Part shown: one piece after another, positions 27,344 through 39,834 of the stretch
Position numbering within the stretch: position 1 is the stretch's first letter
How the letters are laid out: every line of letters begins with the position of its first letter
Assembly: GCF_006345805.1 (NCBI RefSeq)
Contig: NC_043000.1
Span: 29,264,001 to 29,328,000 of the forward strand
From: Octopus sinensis
Lineage: Eukaryota
Reading direction: 5' to 3'
Length of the DNA: 64,000 nucleotides
Made by a program: the position numbers and the translations under genes
Notes under the pieces: generated by a model
What the model was told of the DNA's origin: nothing
The model's database searches: none
What the model saw: the letters and a program-made list of their open reading frames with translations, nothing else

Positions 27344-30300
27344 GTGTGTGTGTGTGTTGTGTGTGTGTGTGTGTGTGTGTTTGTGTGTGTGTATGTGTGT
27401 GTATTTGTCTGTATATGCATATATATCTATACATACATATGTATACATACGATTATGCATCTATCTATCTATATACATATATACATACACACACACACAC
27501 ATATATATATAAAATCTTGCTTCTTCTCCTCCTCTTTCTCCCCTTCCCTCCTTTTATTCTTATTCCTACAGTCCACTCCTCTTCTTTTTCTTCTTCCTCT
27601 ATTTCTCATTTTTCTTCTTTTATCTTCTTCTTCTTCTTCTTCTTCTTCTCCGCCTCCTTCTTCCACATCTTATATATATATATATATATATATGTGTGTA
27701 TGTGTATGTGTGTGTGTATGTGTGTGTGTGTGTGTGGTGCGTGCGTGCATACATACGTTTATGATGTGAAGCAGAGAGGGAGAAAGAGAGAGGAAAGTAT
27801 AGATATTACAGGTAGATAGATAGATATACCAATCGATAATGAAACAGGGAAAGAAAGATACACGATTAGTTAAGTACCTACACACACACACCACACACAC
27901 ACAACACACACACACACCACACACACACTCGGACAGGCATACATTCCCACATATACGAAGAGAGAGGGGGTGTGACGGGGGCATGCCCGATGCCTCAACC
28001 CGTGCGTTTCAGTTTTGCAGTCAAGTGAGCATTACTAACAAAATATTTTATTCGGTGTAGCATTGTAAATGGCAGAACGTGTGAGAGAAAGAATAGGAGA
28101 CTGTGTGGAGATGATGTTGGGGACGTTGCAGTTAGTGCTGCTGCTGTTGCTGTTAGCGGTGGTGGAGGTGGTGGTGGTTGTGGTGGTGGAGGTGCGGTTG
28201 TTGATGATTATGGTTATAGTTATGGTTGTGATGCGTGTAGTGATGGTGATGGTGATGGTGATGAAGTGTTGGCAAGAAAGAAGGGAATGAGGAGGCGGAA
28301 GAATAATAATAATAATAAGAAGGAGGAGGAGGACGAGAAGAATAAGAAGAAAAGGAAGAAGGAGAACAACAACAACAACAAAAAACTAAAAGAAGAATGA
28401 GAAGGGGAAAGAGAAGAGAAAGAAGAAAGAAAAAGAGGAAGAAGGAGAAGAAGAACAAAAACAACAACAAAACAAAATGAAGAATGAGAAGAGAAAAATG
28501 AAGAAAGGGAAGGAAGTGAAAGACGAAAAAGAAGGGGAAGAATGAGAAGAGGAAAATGAAGAAAGGGAAGAAGTAGAACAAAAACAAAAAGAATGAGAAT
28601 AAGAGAAAAAAGAAGAGGAAGGAGAAAAGAAAGAAGAAAAAAAAGAAGGGGAAGGAGAAAAGAAAGAAGAAAAAAAAGAAAGGGAAGCAGAAGAGAAAAA
28701 AGAAGAAAATACACAACGAAGAATGAGAAGAGAAAAAAGAAGGGGAAAGAGAAGAGAAAGAAAAGGAAAAGAAGAGGAAGTAGAAATGAAAAACAAAAAG
28801 AAGAATGAGAAAAAACTGGAAGAAGACAAAAGAGGATAAGGAAAAGAAGATAAAGAAAAAGAAGAGTGTATCAATAAGAATGAAAAGAGGGAGGAGAAGA
28901 AAGAAGAGAAGGAAGTAGCGGAGAAAGAGGCGGAGGAGAAGCAAGATTAGAGGAGGAGAATGAGGAAACATTCAGAGAAAGCAAAGTGAAGAGAAAATGA
29001 TAGAGAGTGTGACGAAAGAGAAGGAATTAGGCCGAAGCAAGAAGTAGCAAGGCGCAGGCGTGGTTTTGTGTTAAGACGTTTGCTCCCTAACCACATGTTC
29101 CTGGGTTCGGTTCCAGTGTGTGACACCTTCAGCAAGCGTTTTCTACTATGGCTCTGAGCCGACCAAAACACTGTGAGTAGATTTGGTAGACGGAAACTGA
29201 AAGAAGCCCATCGTATATATGTATATTCTTTTATTCTTTTACTTGTTTCAGTCATTTTACTGCAGTCATGCTGGAGCACCGCCTTTAGTCGAACAAATCG
29301 GCCCCAGGACTAATAAGCCTAGTACTTATGCTATTGGTCTCTTTTAACAAACCGTTAAGTTACGAGGATGTAAACACTCCAACAACGGTTGTCAAGCGAT
29401 GGTTGGGGGACAGAAACAGACACTCAAACATATACATAAACACACGCAAAGCATTGTGAGTGGATTTGTTAGACGGAAACTGAAAGAAGCCCATTGTATA
29501 TATATATATTCTTTTATTCTATTATTTGTTTCAGTCAAGCGATGGTGGGGATACATACGCAGACGCACAAGCATACGCGCGCGCGCACACACACATGCAC
29601 ACACACACACACACACACACATACACACACACACTACACACACACACACGCCGTTGTGTATGGTTGTGTATAGAAGAATATATCACTCAAAGAAATTCCA
29701 GCTTTGATTTTCACGCTCTATTTACAATCTTATAATGATACAATATAATATAATATAATATAATATAATATAATATAATGAAATGATAGAATATTAAATG
29801 TCTATTCTGATTGAACAAGTACTTTCATGCTTCAAACTATGCAATCTTCAGGGCCATGTAGTAATGGTGACAGTTATGTCTTACAATTTACAACTGTTGT
29901 GAGATGGCTAAAGTGTGTGCCTTAAATACATTTATATAAGCTCCAGAATGTTAAATTTTGCAGATTGTACTCTGACCAATCAGTGTGCGGCTTCATTAAA
30001 TTACTTAAGTTGATTGGTGTTTGGTTTAGAAGTCACGGTTTGTTGAACATGACAAGAGACCTGTATTTTGACTTTGTCCAAATCAGTAATTGTTTGGCTA
30101 TTTTTAGAAATATTGTAAACAACATTTTCCAGGGATTTTTACATTTCAGTTATCATCATCACCATTATCATCATCTTTATTATTGTTGTCTTTGTTGATG
30201 TTGTTGTTGGTTGTAGGAGTAGATGTGGCAATAGAACTTTAAACCTCAAAATAAGATTATTTTTACTGACTTTTCTCTTGACTTAGCTAGTATTTTCCTG

Positions 30301-30516
30301 CTATCGTCATCATGAGCACCTTTAGTGTTGTTTTTGTTGTTAGTGGTGTTGGTCGTATTCGTAGAAATATTACCTCTAAGTAATATTTTTATTGTTTATT
30401 TAGCAAGGGTTGGAATTTATTTATAAAGTTCTTTTCTCTGATTTTTCTCTTGATTTCACTTGGACTGTGTAGTTTGTGGAATGGAAATATTATATTCTCC
30501 GACCACCTGTTGTTAG

Positions 30517-30834
30517 ATGGTTACTGAAAGGTATCTGACGGACATTTGCGCTTTTAATTTGCTGTCCCCTCCGTCGATATACGGACCAGCTGAAGCAAAG
30601 CCTAAAACTGACTTGGATCGATTCCAAAGCCCGAGGGACAGAGGAAAGAGGAAGAGAAACGACAAGAAAGAAGATGGAGGCTGCAACAATCAAAGCCTCC
30701 GCCACGGATCCCCTGTAAACTTTGCCATAGACGCTCCCATTCAAGACTCGAATTCTTTTGCTATCAGAGGCATAAACACGGACAGAAGGGAAGCGGTCAA
30801 AAAGAAGCCAAATAAGTTATCGGACACACAATAA
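30517..30834 (+). CDS. Candidate terminal exon or small ORF (105 aa), unidentified product
   Basis: Non-repetitive, higher-GC sequence. TTAG| directly precedes the frame and AATAAA overlaps the stop. No recognised homology. Confidence 0.3.
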   Translation: MVTERYLTDICAFNLLSPPSIYGPAEAKPKTDLDRFQSPRDRGKRKRNDKKEDGGCNNQSLRHGSPVNFAIDAPIQDSNSFAIRGINTDRREAVKKKPNKLSDTQ

Positions 30835-30995
30835 AACGCCTCCACCGCCGTCGACGACTCGTCCGTGATAGAACATTCAACAAAAAAAAAAGTATTCCAT
30901 CTTGTGAGATATATTTATTGAAAGGGCACAAGGCACCTCCCCCACACAATTATTATTTATAAATCTCTCAAAGAGATATAAAGTAACAGCACCAT

Positions 30996-31449
30996 AAAGT
31001 AATGACTCTTTGCCAACATAATGTGGAAGTCCAAGGATTGGACGAATGTTACTGCTATTTAACCCCAGGAAACATCGTTTCCAGCTGGCTATACGACATG
31101 AAAAGTTGTGTCCTGATATTTATCTCTCTTTGAGAGATGTAGAAATAATAATATTTCTATTTTGTAGATCAGTGACTGTATGTCACTTTGAAATCAATAT
31201 ATTTTCGACAGTAGTACAGTAGCGACATCTAGTCACCCAGGCTACTCAACACGGATAAAGGGAAATAACCCAGAAACCGGTCCGCGGTGCCGGGTGGAGG
31301 TGCTGATCTCACCTGTTCGAAAATATAAGGGCACACAATCTTTTGTGTAGTATAGGGAGCTAGAAATGATGTTTCCTGGAGCTAAATAACAGTAACATTC
31401 GTCCCATCCTGGGACTTCCACATCATGTTGGCAAAAAGTCATTACTACT
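30996..31449. mobile_element. MITE with about 95-bp TIRs (possibly Kolobok-like)
   Basis: GTAATGACTCTTTGCCAACATAATGTGGAAGTCC...CAGGAAACATC matches the reverse complement of GATGTTTCCTGG...GGACTTCCACATCATGTTGGCAAAAAGTCATTAC. Confidence 0.75.
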
Positions 31450-32644
31450 TAAAGTCAGCATTAACTATCTTTTGGCCTTCTTGTTTCAGTCATTAGACTG
31501 CGGCCATGCTGGAGCACCGCCTGGAAGAATTTCTTAGTCGAATGAATCGACCCCTGTACTTAATTTTGAAGAATTACTTAGTACCAGTACCTAAGTCTTT
31601 TTTAAAGCTTGACACTTATTTTATCGGCCTTGCTTTGCTAGATACAGGGACGTAAACACACCAACAGCTGTTGTCAAATACAGACACAAAGACACACACA
31701 CGCGCACACACACATATGATGGGCTTCTTTCAGTTTCCGTCTACCAAATCCACTCACAAGGCTTTGGTCGGCCCGAAGCTACAGTAGAAGACACTTGCCC
31801 TAAGTGCCACGCAGTGGGACTGAGCCTGGAACCGTGTGGTTTGGAACCAATCTTCTAACCACACAGCCACGGCCGCGCCTATTCGGAAGAAAGATATGAA
31901 AGTCGTATTAACTTTCAGAGTCAATAGTCTTCATAACCTTTTGGACTCTCATTAACTCAACGCCGAGAAAATCAATAGTTTATGTAGTTTGTTTTCTCGT
32001 AAAAAATGTTTATTTATATATATTTATCGAGATAAATGTTGATGAGGGGGTTAAACGTTTTGAAGGGGGGAAATGTATAAACAGCTATCTTCGATTTGAT
32101 AATTTGCCAAACTGATAGGAATTGTTCTTGAGGTGATGTATGGCTCATTACGCAATAGGAATGATTTGATTTCAATTTCGGCAAATTTATGTTGTGCCAC
32201 CTTCACTATTGGTCAATAAAAAAGAACAGCTATCAGATTCACACCTAAAAACCAAAAAATAAAACAAAGAAAATAAATAAATGGTATCGATTATCGATCG
32301 ATATTAAATCTACGTTGACAACCGACCACAAAATAATTGTTTAAAATTAATTGCTTTGCTAGATTAAGAAAGTCGCTGGTGACAAAAAAAAAAAGTCCTG
32401 GGAAGATTGGAAAAAAACCAATCTCGGCAAAATCTTGCTTTATAAATTGTGAAACTCTGAACAAGAAACAAATGACGGGAGATGATGATAATGGTGATGA
32501 TCATTGTGATAACGACGATGGCGATGATGACAACGATGATGATAATGACGATGATGATAATGACGATGATGATGACTATAAAGAGAATGATGATGATGTT
32601 GATGATGATGATGAGGATGATGATGACGATGGTGGTGATAATGT

Positions 32645-32683
<39 letters not shown>

Positions 32684-34183
32684 CTATCAAATTGGCACGA
32701 AGGCAGAATGAAGCATGAAGATATGTATGGCAAGATATATATAGGCACTGGGTTGATCATCTTCATGGATTCCTTTCTTCAGGCGATATAACATTAATGG
32801 ACATACAACAGAGGGGTGCTTATCCTTTTTACCAGTATGCTGGTTATACACACATACACACGCACACAAACACACGCACACACACACACATATATATACA
32901 CACATACACACATACGCTTACATATATATATATATATATATTATAATATTATATATAATCACCGTGATCACCGTGACCGACCAGGCTATCAGATGTTGTA
33001 ACACATCGCTGGTCACAATGCGCTTTGCATTGTTTTAGCCTTCAAAGGACGCCACCCCGCTGGCTAAGCGAGCAGGCCAACAGAAGAAAGAGAGAAAGTT
33101 GTGGCGAAAGAGTACAGCAGGGATCGCCACCATCCCCTGCTGGAGCCTCGCGCAATAAACACTCACAACGCCCGGTCTCGGAATCGAAACCGCGATCCTA
33201 ACCATTGGGCCATTGCGCCTCCATATATATATATATACAGTTCTATTATAGGTAGGATCAACAAAAAAAGTACTCCATCTAGTGAAAGATATCATTTGAT
33301 GTTCGCAATTTCTAAAAGAGCTACTAATAGTTTCATGCTTCAGAGACACAATAAATTGGTAAATTTATATAACATGCCATGTGTCTCTCAGGCTCAGTGC
33401 ATATTGTTAGATGTACTGAAAAAACCAGGATACTGGTCTATGAGAAATCATGAGAAAAAACGAGACGTGTAAAAAAAAAAAAAAAAGAAAACGTAAAAAT
33501 TGGTAACAGAAGAAAGAAAAGAAAAGTAAGAAATCCAAGATCTTTGTCCTCTGTCTGTGAAAAAAAGAGAAAAGGTGAAAGTAATATTGAATCAGGAAAT
33601 ATCTCAAATTTCTCATAAGATAGGAGACCGCCGATATACTAAACCACAGCATCTGTACAACGAAGCAAAACCATTCGGTCATTAACTACGAAACACTAGA
33701 TAAACAGAATATGCGCATAAAATGGTGTTATCTATCCAAACGTATCTGTTTGATTTATTCTCATGCCGATGTTATTCTGCCCCATTGGGTATCCGATATA
33801 CTAAACAATCCAAATATTTTGAAATATCTGTGAAACGTTTTCTTATCGTCACTATTCCGCTCACCAATAGTCTTTTGATTGTGGAAACAATATTTTACAG
33901 GCAGGTGTATGTCTTGAAATTACTCTCGTTAACCATTTAATATTGTTACTAACATTACTAATATTTCAAAGCTATTCGTTTGGATCCTCACCAAGTAATC
34001 ATGGAACTTCGCGATTCTAGTCGTTCTGATGATTCCCCAAAGATTGTCGGAGCTACAACTTGTCACGTAGCCTCCTCCTTCGCTCTCTTCTAAATAACAG
34101 TAACTCAGTCATGACAACGTTATTGCTTTTGTAGATTTACAGATTCAAACAACGTAGACAACTTAGTGTGTGTGTGTGTGTGT

Positions 34184-34238
<55 letters not shown>

Positions 34239-34443
34239 ATATGTATATATATATATATTTTTTCTCTCCTTGTTTCTTTCTGTGTTCCTTTCTGCGGAAG
34301 AGCGTAGGCTCGAAAAGTTAAAGACTTTTTCACTTCCCGAGTGTTATACTAATACATGTTTGTTGTCTACACCACCTGTCTTCGTCTTTTGTTCTTTTTT
34401 GTGAATTCTCCATACATATATATATATATATATGTAGTATATA

Positions 34444-34488
<45 letters not shown>

Positions 34489-34943
34489 GATGGCAATTGT
34501 ATGTTTATGTATGTCTGGCTGTGTGGTAAGAAGCTTGCTTCCCAACCACATGGCTCAGGGTTCAGTCCCCACTGCGTGACACCTTGTGAGTGAATGTGGT
34601 AGGCGGAAACTGAAAGAAGCCCGTCCTGTATATATATATATTAATATATATATATATATATATAATATATAATATATATATATATATATATTTATATATG
34701 TATATACATATTATATATATATGTATATACATGTTTGTGTGTCGCTGTTTGCCACTCCCCCACCGCTTGACAAGCGATGTTGGTGTGTTTACGTCCCAGT
34801 AACTTAGCTGTTTGGCAAAAGACCGATAGAATAAGTTCTAGCCTTACCAAAGAGAATAAATCCTGGGGTCGATTTGGTCGACTAAAGGCGGTGCTCCAGC
34901 ATGTCCGTAGTCAAATGACTGAAACAAGTAAAAGAGTAAATGA

Positions 34944-35008
<65 letters not shown>

Positions 35009-35269
35009 ACATATTACTTGTTTCAGTCATTGGACTGCGGCCATCCTGGGGCACCGCCTTGAGGAATTTTTTTAGTGGAACTAATTGACCTCAGTACTTA
35101 TTTTTTTAAGCCGGGTATTTTTTCTATCGGTGTCTTTTGCCGAACCGCTTAGTTACGGGGGCGTAAACGCACCAACACTTTGTCAAGCGTGGTGGGGGAC
35201 AAACACAGACAAAGCACAAATACTCGCACATACACATATACAGACACATATACGACAGGCTTCTTTTAG

Positions 35270-35846
35270 TTTCCTTATTTCTTTATTGCCCACAAGGGGC
35301 TAAACATAGAAGGGACAAATAAGGCCAAACAAAGGGATTAAGTCGATTACATTGACCCCAGTGCGTAACTGGTACTTAATTTATCGAGCCCGAAAGGATG
35401 AAAGGCAAAGTCGACCTCGAAGGAATTTGAACTCAGAATGTAGCGGCAGACGAAATACCTATTTCTTTACTACCCACAAGGGGCTAAACACAGAGAGGTC
35501 AAACAAGAAGAGACAAACGAATTAAGTCGATTATATCGACCCCAGTGCGTAACTGGTACTTAATTTTTCGACCCCGAAAGGATGAAAGGCAAAGTCGACC
35601 TCGGCGGAATTTGAACTCAGAACGTGATGGCAGACGAAATACCTATTTCTTTACTATCCACAAGGGGCTAAACACAGAGAGAACAAACAAGGACAGACAA
35701 ACAGACTAAGTCGATTATATCGACCCCAGTGTGTAACTGGTACTTATTTAATCGACCCCTAAAGGATGAAAGGCAAAGTCAACCTCGGCGGAATTTGAAC
35801 TCAGAAGGTAACGCCCGGCGTGCTAACCTTTCTGCCAGCTCACCGC
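35270..35846 (-). mobile_element. Tandem array of SINE family B (about 3 units)
   Basis: About 180-bp units with junction GACGAAATACCTATTTCTTTAC. Similar arrays at 42480-43430, 45240-45882, 46270-46890, 49380-49936. Confidence 0.9.
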
Positions 35847-37355
35847 CAGTTTCCGCTTCTTTCAGTTTCCCTCTACCAAATCCACCCACAAGGCTTTGGT
35901 CGCCCACGTGGCTATAATAGAGGACACTTGGCCAAGGCGTCCCACAATGTTTGGGAAGAAAACTTCTTACCACGAATCTCACTCGCATTATAGATGTATT
36001 AGTTATTCGTTATTTGTTATCCAAAATTTTCTTTTATGAAACTAATTCAGCGTCAAGTAGAAATTAACATCTGGTGACATGTCAGAAATCTGTAAGATAA
36101 TGCAGCATTATTGTTTCCAGTGAACATTCAAGATGGATTCCATTTTGTGACAGGGTTACGTCTTATTTCTACCTTCAAATTAAATATTAAAATCACAATA
36201 ACAATGCTGGACCTAAACCTTCACGTAGCATATTAAAAACCATCTGTCATTCAAAGCATTTGCGAATTAATGAGTGAGATTTCCAGTTCTATAGACGTTT
36301 GACAAAGCAGAACAACGTAATTGATCTTCATGTTTTCTCTCTCCCTTTTTGCAGAAGATTTTGCTGTATGTGATGCAATTAATCCACAGTAAACGCTCAC
36401 CATATTACTACCCCGGACTGGAATCGTCTATTATTCAACCTCATAGAAGCCCAAAGAACGAGCAACTCCTCAGGTTGTTATAATTCCTTGTTTGTGTTGA
36501 TGTTCAAAAGTCTTGTTACCTCCCTCTGTCTTTTTCGTTCAATCATTCCTCTTTTTCTCCTCAATTTCCTCAAAGCTAGGCCCAGCGCTCTGTGATTTTC
36601 ACATCCATCACCTAAATGGGACCACCACCACCACCACCACCATTACAACATCCACCGCCACTAGCAATAATAACAATAATAATAATAATAATAATAATCG
36701 TATCAACAATAGCAACGAAGAATACAAAGCATTTGTACTTTGGAGGAAAAAGAAAAAGGAAGATTTTTATAAATTAGCAACAACTTAAAGTCAATGGCAA
36801 TTAGCACTAACGGTAATAGGAAGGAAAAAAATGAGATGTATTAAATAAACAAACTAACCAGGCAAAAACAACAACAACAACAACAAAGAAAAAACAGCCA
36901 TAACGGTAACAACAACAGCAACAACAGGCTAGCGATAAATTGTTCATAAATTACCAGCCCAAACGCTTTTCACACTTTATTGATGCGATTTTCAATAAGA
37001 AATACTCTTGTGCATTATTAATTCAAATAATAGAATTGCAATCTTTTCTGTGTTTTCCTACTTTTTGTGTTTGTTTCACCAGTTTGGTATAAAATAAACA
37101 CAATAGAACTTCCCAGAGGAGTGTGAATATATTCCACTAATATATATATATATATATAATGATAAATCTCAGAGTGTATCATGAGTTGAAGACGGGGAGG
37201 ATGACTCCCCTTCACAAATACTGAGAGGACACAGATAGTGTGTCTATAGCCAGCTGGAGGAGATATCTTCCTGGGGCTACAAACTACAGTAGCATCCACC
37301 CTTAGGGGTTAGCCATATTCAAATGGCAATATGCGTCACGATATATATATAATAT

Positions 37356-37401
<46 letters not shown>

Positions 37402-37495
37402 AATATATATATACGTACACAGACATAAATATAAGGCAAAATGAGTTAGGAGAAATAAATTTAGAGTGGCCAGCGGTATGTATTTGAACTTTGAA

Positions 37496-37708
37496 AGCTG
37501 GCAGAAACGGGCGAAATGCTTAGCAGTATTTCATCGGCCGCTACGTTCTGAGTTCAAATTCCGCCGAGGTCGACTTTGCCTTTCATCCTTTCGAGGTCGA
37601 TTAAATAAGTACCACTTACGCACTGGGGTCGATATAATCGACTTAATCTGTTTGTCTGTCCTTGTTTGTTCTCTCTGTGTTTAGCCCCTTGTGGGTAGTA
37701 AAGAAATA
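37496..37708 (+). mobile_element. SINE family B, 5' truncated, 21-bp TSD
   Basis: GGTATGTATTTGAACTTTGAA (37475-37495) / GGTATATATTTGAACCTTGAA (37709-37729). Confidence 0.85.
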
Positions 37709-38049
37709 GGTATATATTTGAACCTTGAACTACAAATACGAATAAGGGGATAGTAAAAAAAAAAAAACGTACAGCACCTCCCCTGCCTTTATTTATTAGA
37801 ATTATTTCCGTTTCCAGCGAAGGTAGACCTATCGCTTGATGGCAATTGACACCAACTCCAAATGAATCGGAGAGATAATCTGAAGAATAGAATCAAGATT
37901 CGCCCCATAACTGGCATGCCACTTAGGAAGCCTTATACATACATACATACATACATACATACATACATACATACATACATACATACATACATACATACAC
38001 ACATACACACACATATATATATTTATATATTTTTTCATATTTAAATTTC

Positions 38050-38651
38050 CTCTATCATCTCTATTAAATTTATTCATTTATTGTTCTAACTCTATTTACC
38101 TACTCCAACTTATCTCCAATCAACTTGCGAACCCCTCGCCCGAACATATAACAATACAAATCATAAACAGAATTATTCAGTCTGCTATAATGAATCCACA
38201 AAGGCATATAAGACATCCAAGGATATATTTTTCCCCCCCGAAGATATTATGCACAGATCATACAAATATAGATTTAATATTTAATTAATATTTACTGAGT
38301 ATTATTTGAAACAGCTGTAAGGGATGATGATTAATTTGCTGTTAATAATAAACAATTATTAACTTCCATTTACTTTTCCTTCTTATACTGGAATCTTATA
38401 TGTATACCATTCTGCTTAAATAGCGGAACTGAAGATACAATATCTCAGCATATCTCACGTCTATTTTCATTCTTCCACTTCACTCTCTATTTCATATCTT
38501 ATCTAGAATAACTATTGCTTAACCATTCATTCACACCATCTCCGATGAAGGGATATATAAAATATCCCGCAAACAGCTGTAAGACCATCTCTTTATAAAT
38601 GTTCTGAAACCTTTCACAGCCTTGGATTTTTGTCTCATTCTGTTAATATAT

Positions 38652-38680
<29 letters not shown>
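38050..38680 (+). mobile_element. Penelope pLTR-like remnant with decayed hammerhead
   Basis: Two AAACAGCTGTAAG copies (about 38307 and 38571). CCGATGAAGGGATAT...ATATCCC stem at 38542-38568. Confidence 0.5.
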
Positions 38681-38727
<47 letters not shown>

Positions 38728-39013
38728 TTGTGTACCATGTTCTCTGTTTTTTGTCTTTGTTGCCGTACACATTCACTAGCTTTCTTACAACAAAATCCAA
38801 TGCTGTTAGCTTAGACTTTTTGGGAGGCAACCAAATCGAGCAGTCTCAAATGTAATTGCCCGAAACAGTAAGGAGTTCTGGTAACTTGACAGAAGAAAGA
38901 AGACCACGAATGACCCGTCTGTTTTGTCCGTCTTTCTAATTGTTGCTTCTCCTGTCCGCCTTTGTATCGTCTATCTGTCCGAATGTTTTATTGTCCTCTA
39001 TTGCGCTTTTGTT

Positions 39014-39060
<47 letters not shown>

Positions 39061-39360
39061 AAGAATTCACAGTAATGAATTTTATTACTTTTATTCCTAC
39101 CTCAGTTCATCTGATTGTATATATCTATCATTACCTTTCATAAAGAAGCCTTTAATTTTTTTGATTTCCAATGTACATTTTCGCTTATATTTCTTCTTAC
39201 TTTTCCCTTACATTTCCACGTGTAGTTTCTATTTTCTTTTTGTAACATTTTTCTATTATATATATATATAAACAACTTTATAAATTTAAGTTTTAAAGGT
39301 ATTTTTTTAATATGCTGGCCATTGATAAAATTTTTTTCGAAGAAATTTTATCCTATATTA

Positions 39361-39427
<67 letters not shown>

Positions 39428-39703
39428 TTTGTGTGTGTGTGTGTGTGTGTGGTGTGTGTGGAGCTCGCGCGTGTGTGTATATTTATGTATATACAAAAAC
39501 TGGATCCCGAATGAACAGTGGTGGGATGCGCCGGTCAAAATTGTATTCATTGTTATAAACATGAAATTATTGAAGTCAGTCTACTGTGACTTTATAACGC
39601 CGGCGTTTCTGTCTTAAGCTTTTATCAATGAGTTTGATGTGCCTGTTTCAGAATTGAAGACGAGCAGAAAAGAGAGGCGGAAAATGAGAGGAAGTGATGG
39701 AAG

Positions 39704-39834
39704 ATGGTAGACAGTGTCCCCTCCACCACCACCAACATATGTTGCAGGGAAGATGGAGAAGGAAGAACCAGGCGCAACAAAAAAAGTCCGTTTATACTCA
39801 AGCTGGAGTATGATCCGTTGTTTCAAGATGTGGG
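39704..39834 (+). CDS. Candidate first coding exon MVDSVPSTTTNICCREDGEGRTRRNKKSPFILKLEYDPLFQDV
   Basis: AAGATGG Kozak context, open frame ending at GG|GTGAGT, unique sequence. No recognised homology. Confidence 0.2.

Noticed and set aside
28153-28971. Longest ORF (272 aa, F/L/S-rich, minus strand) resembling a membrane protein
   Set aside because: Antisense reading of a GAA/AAG purine-rich low-complexity tract.
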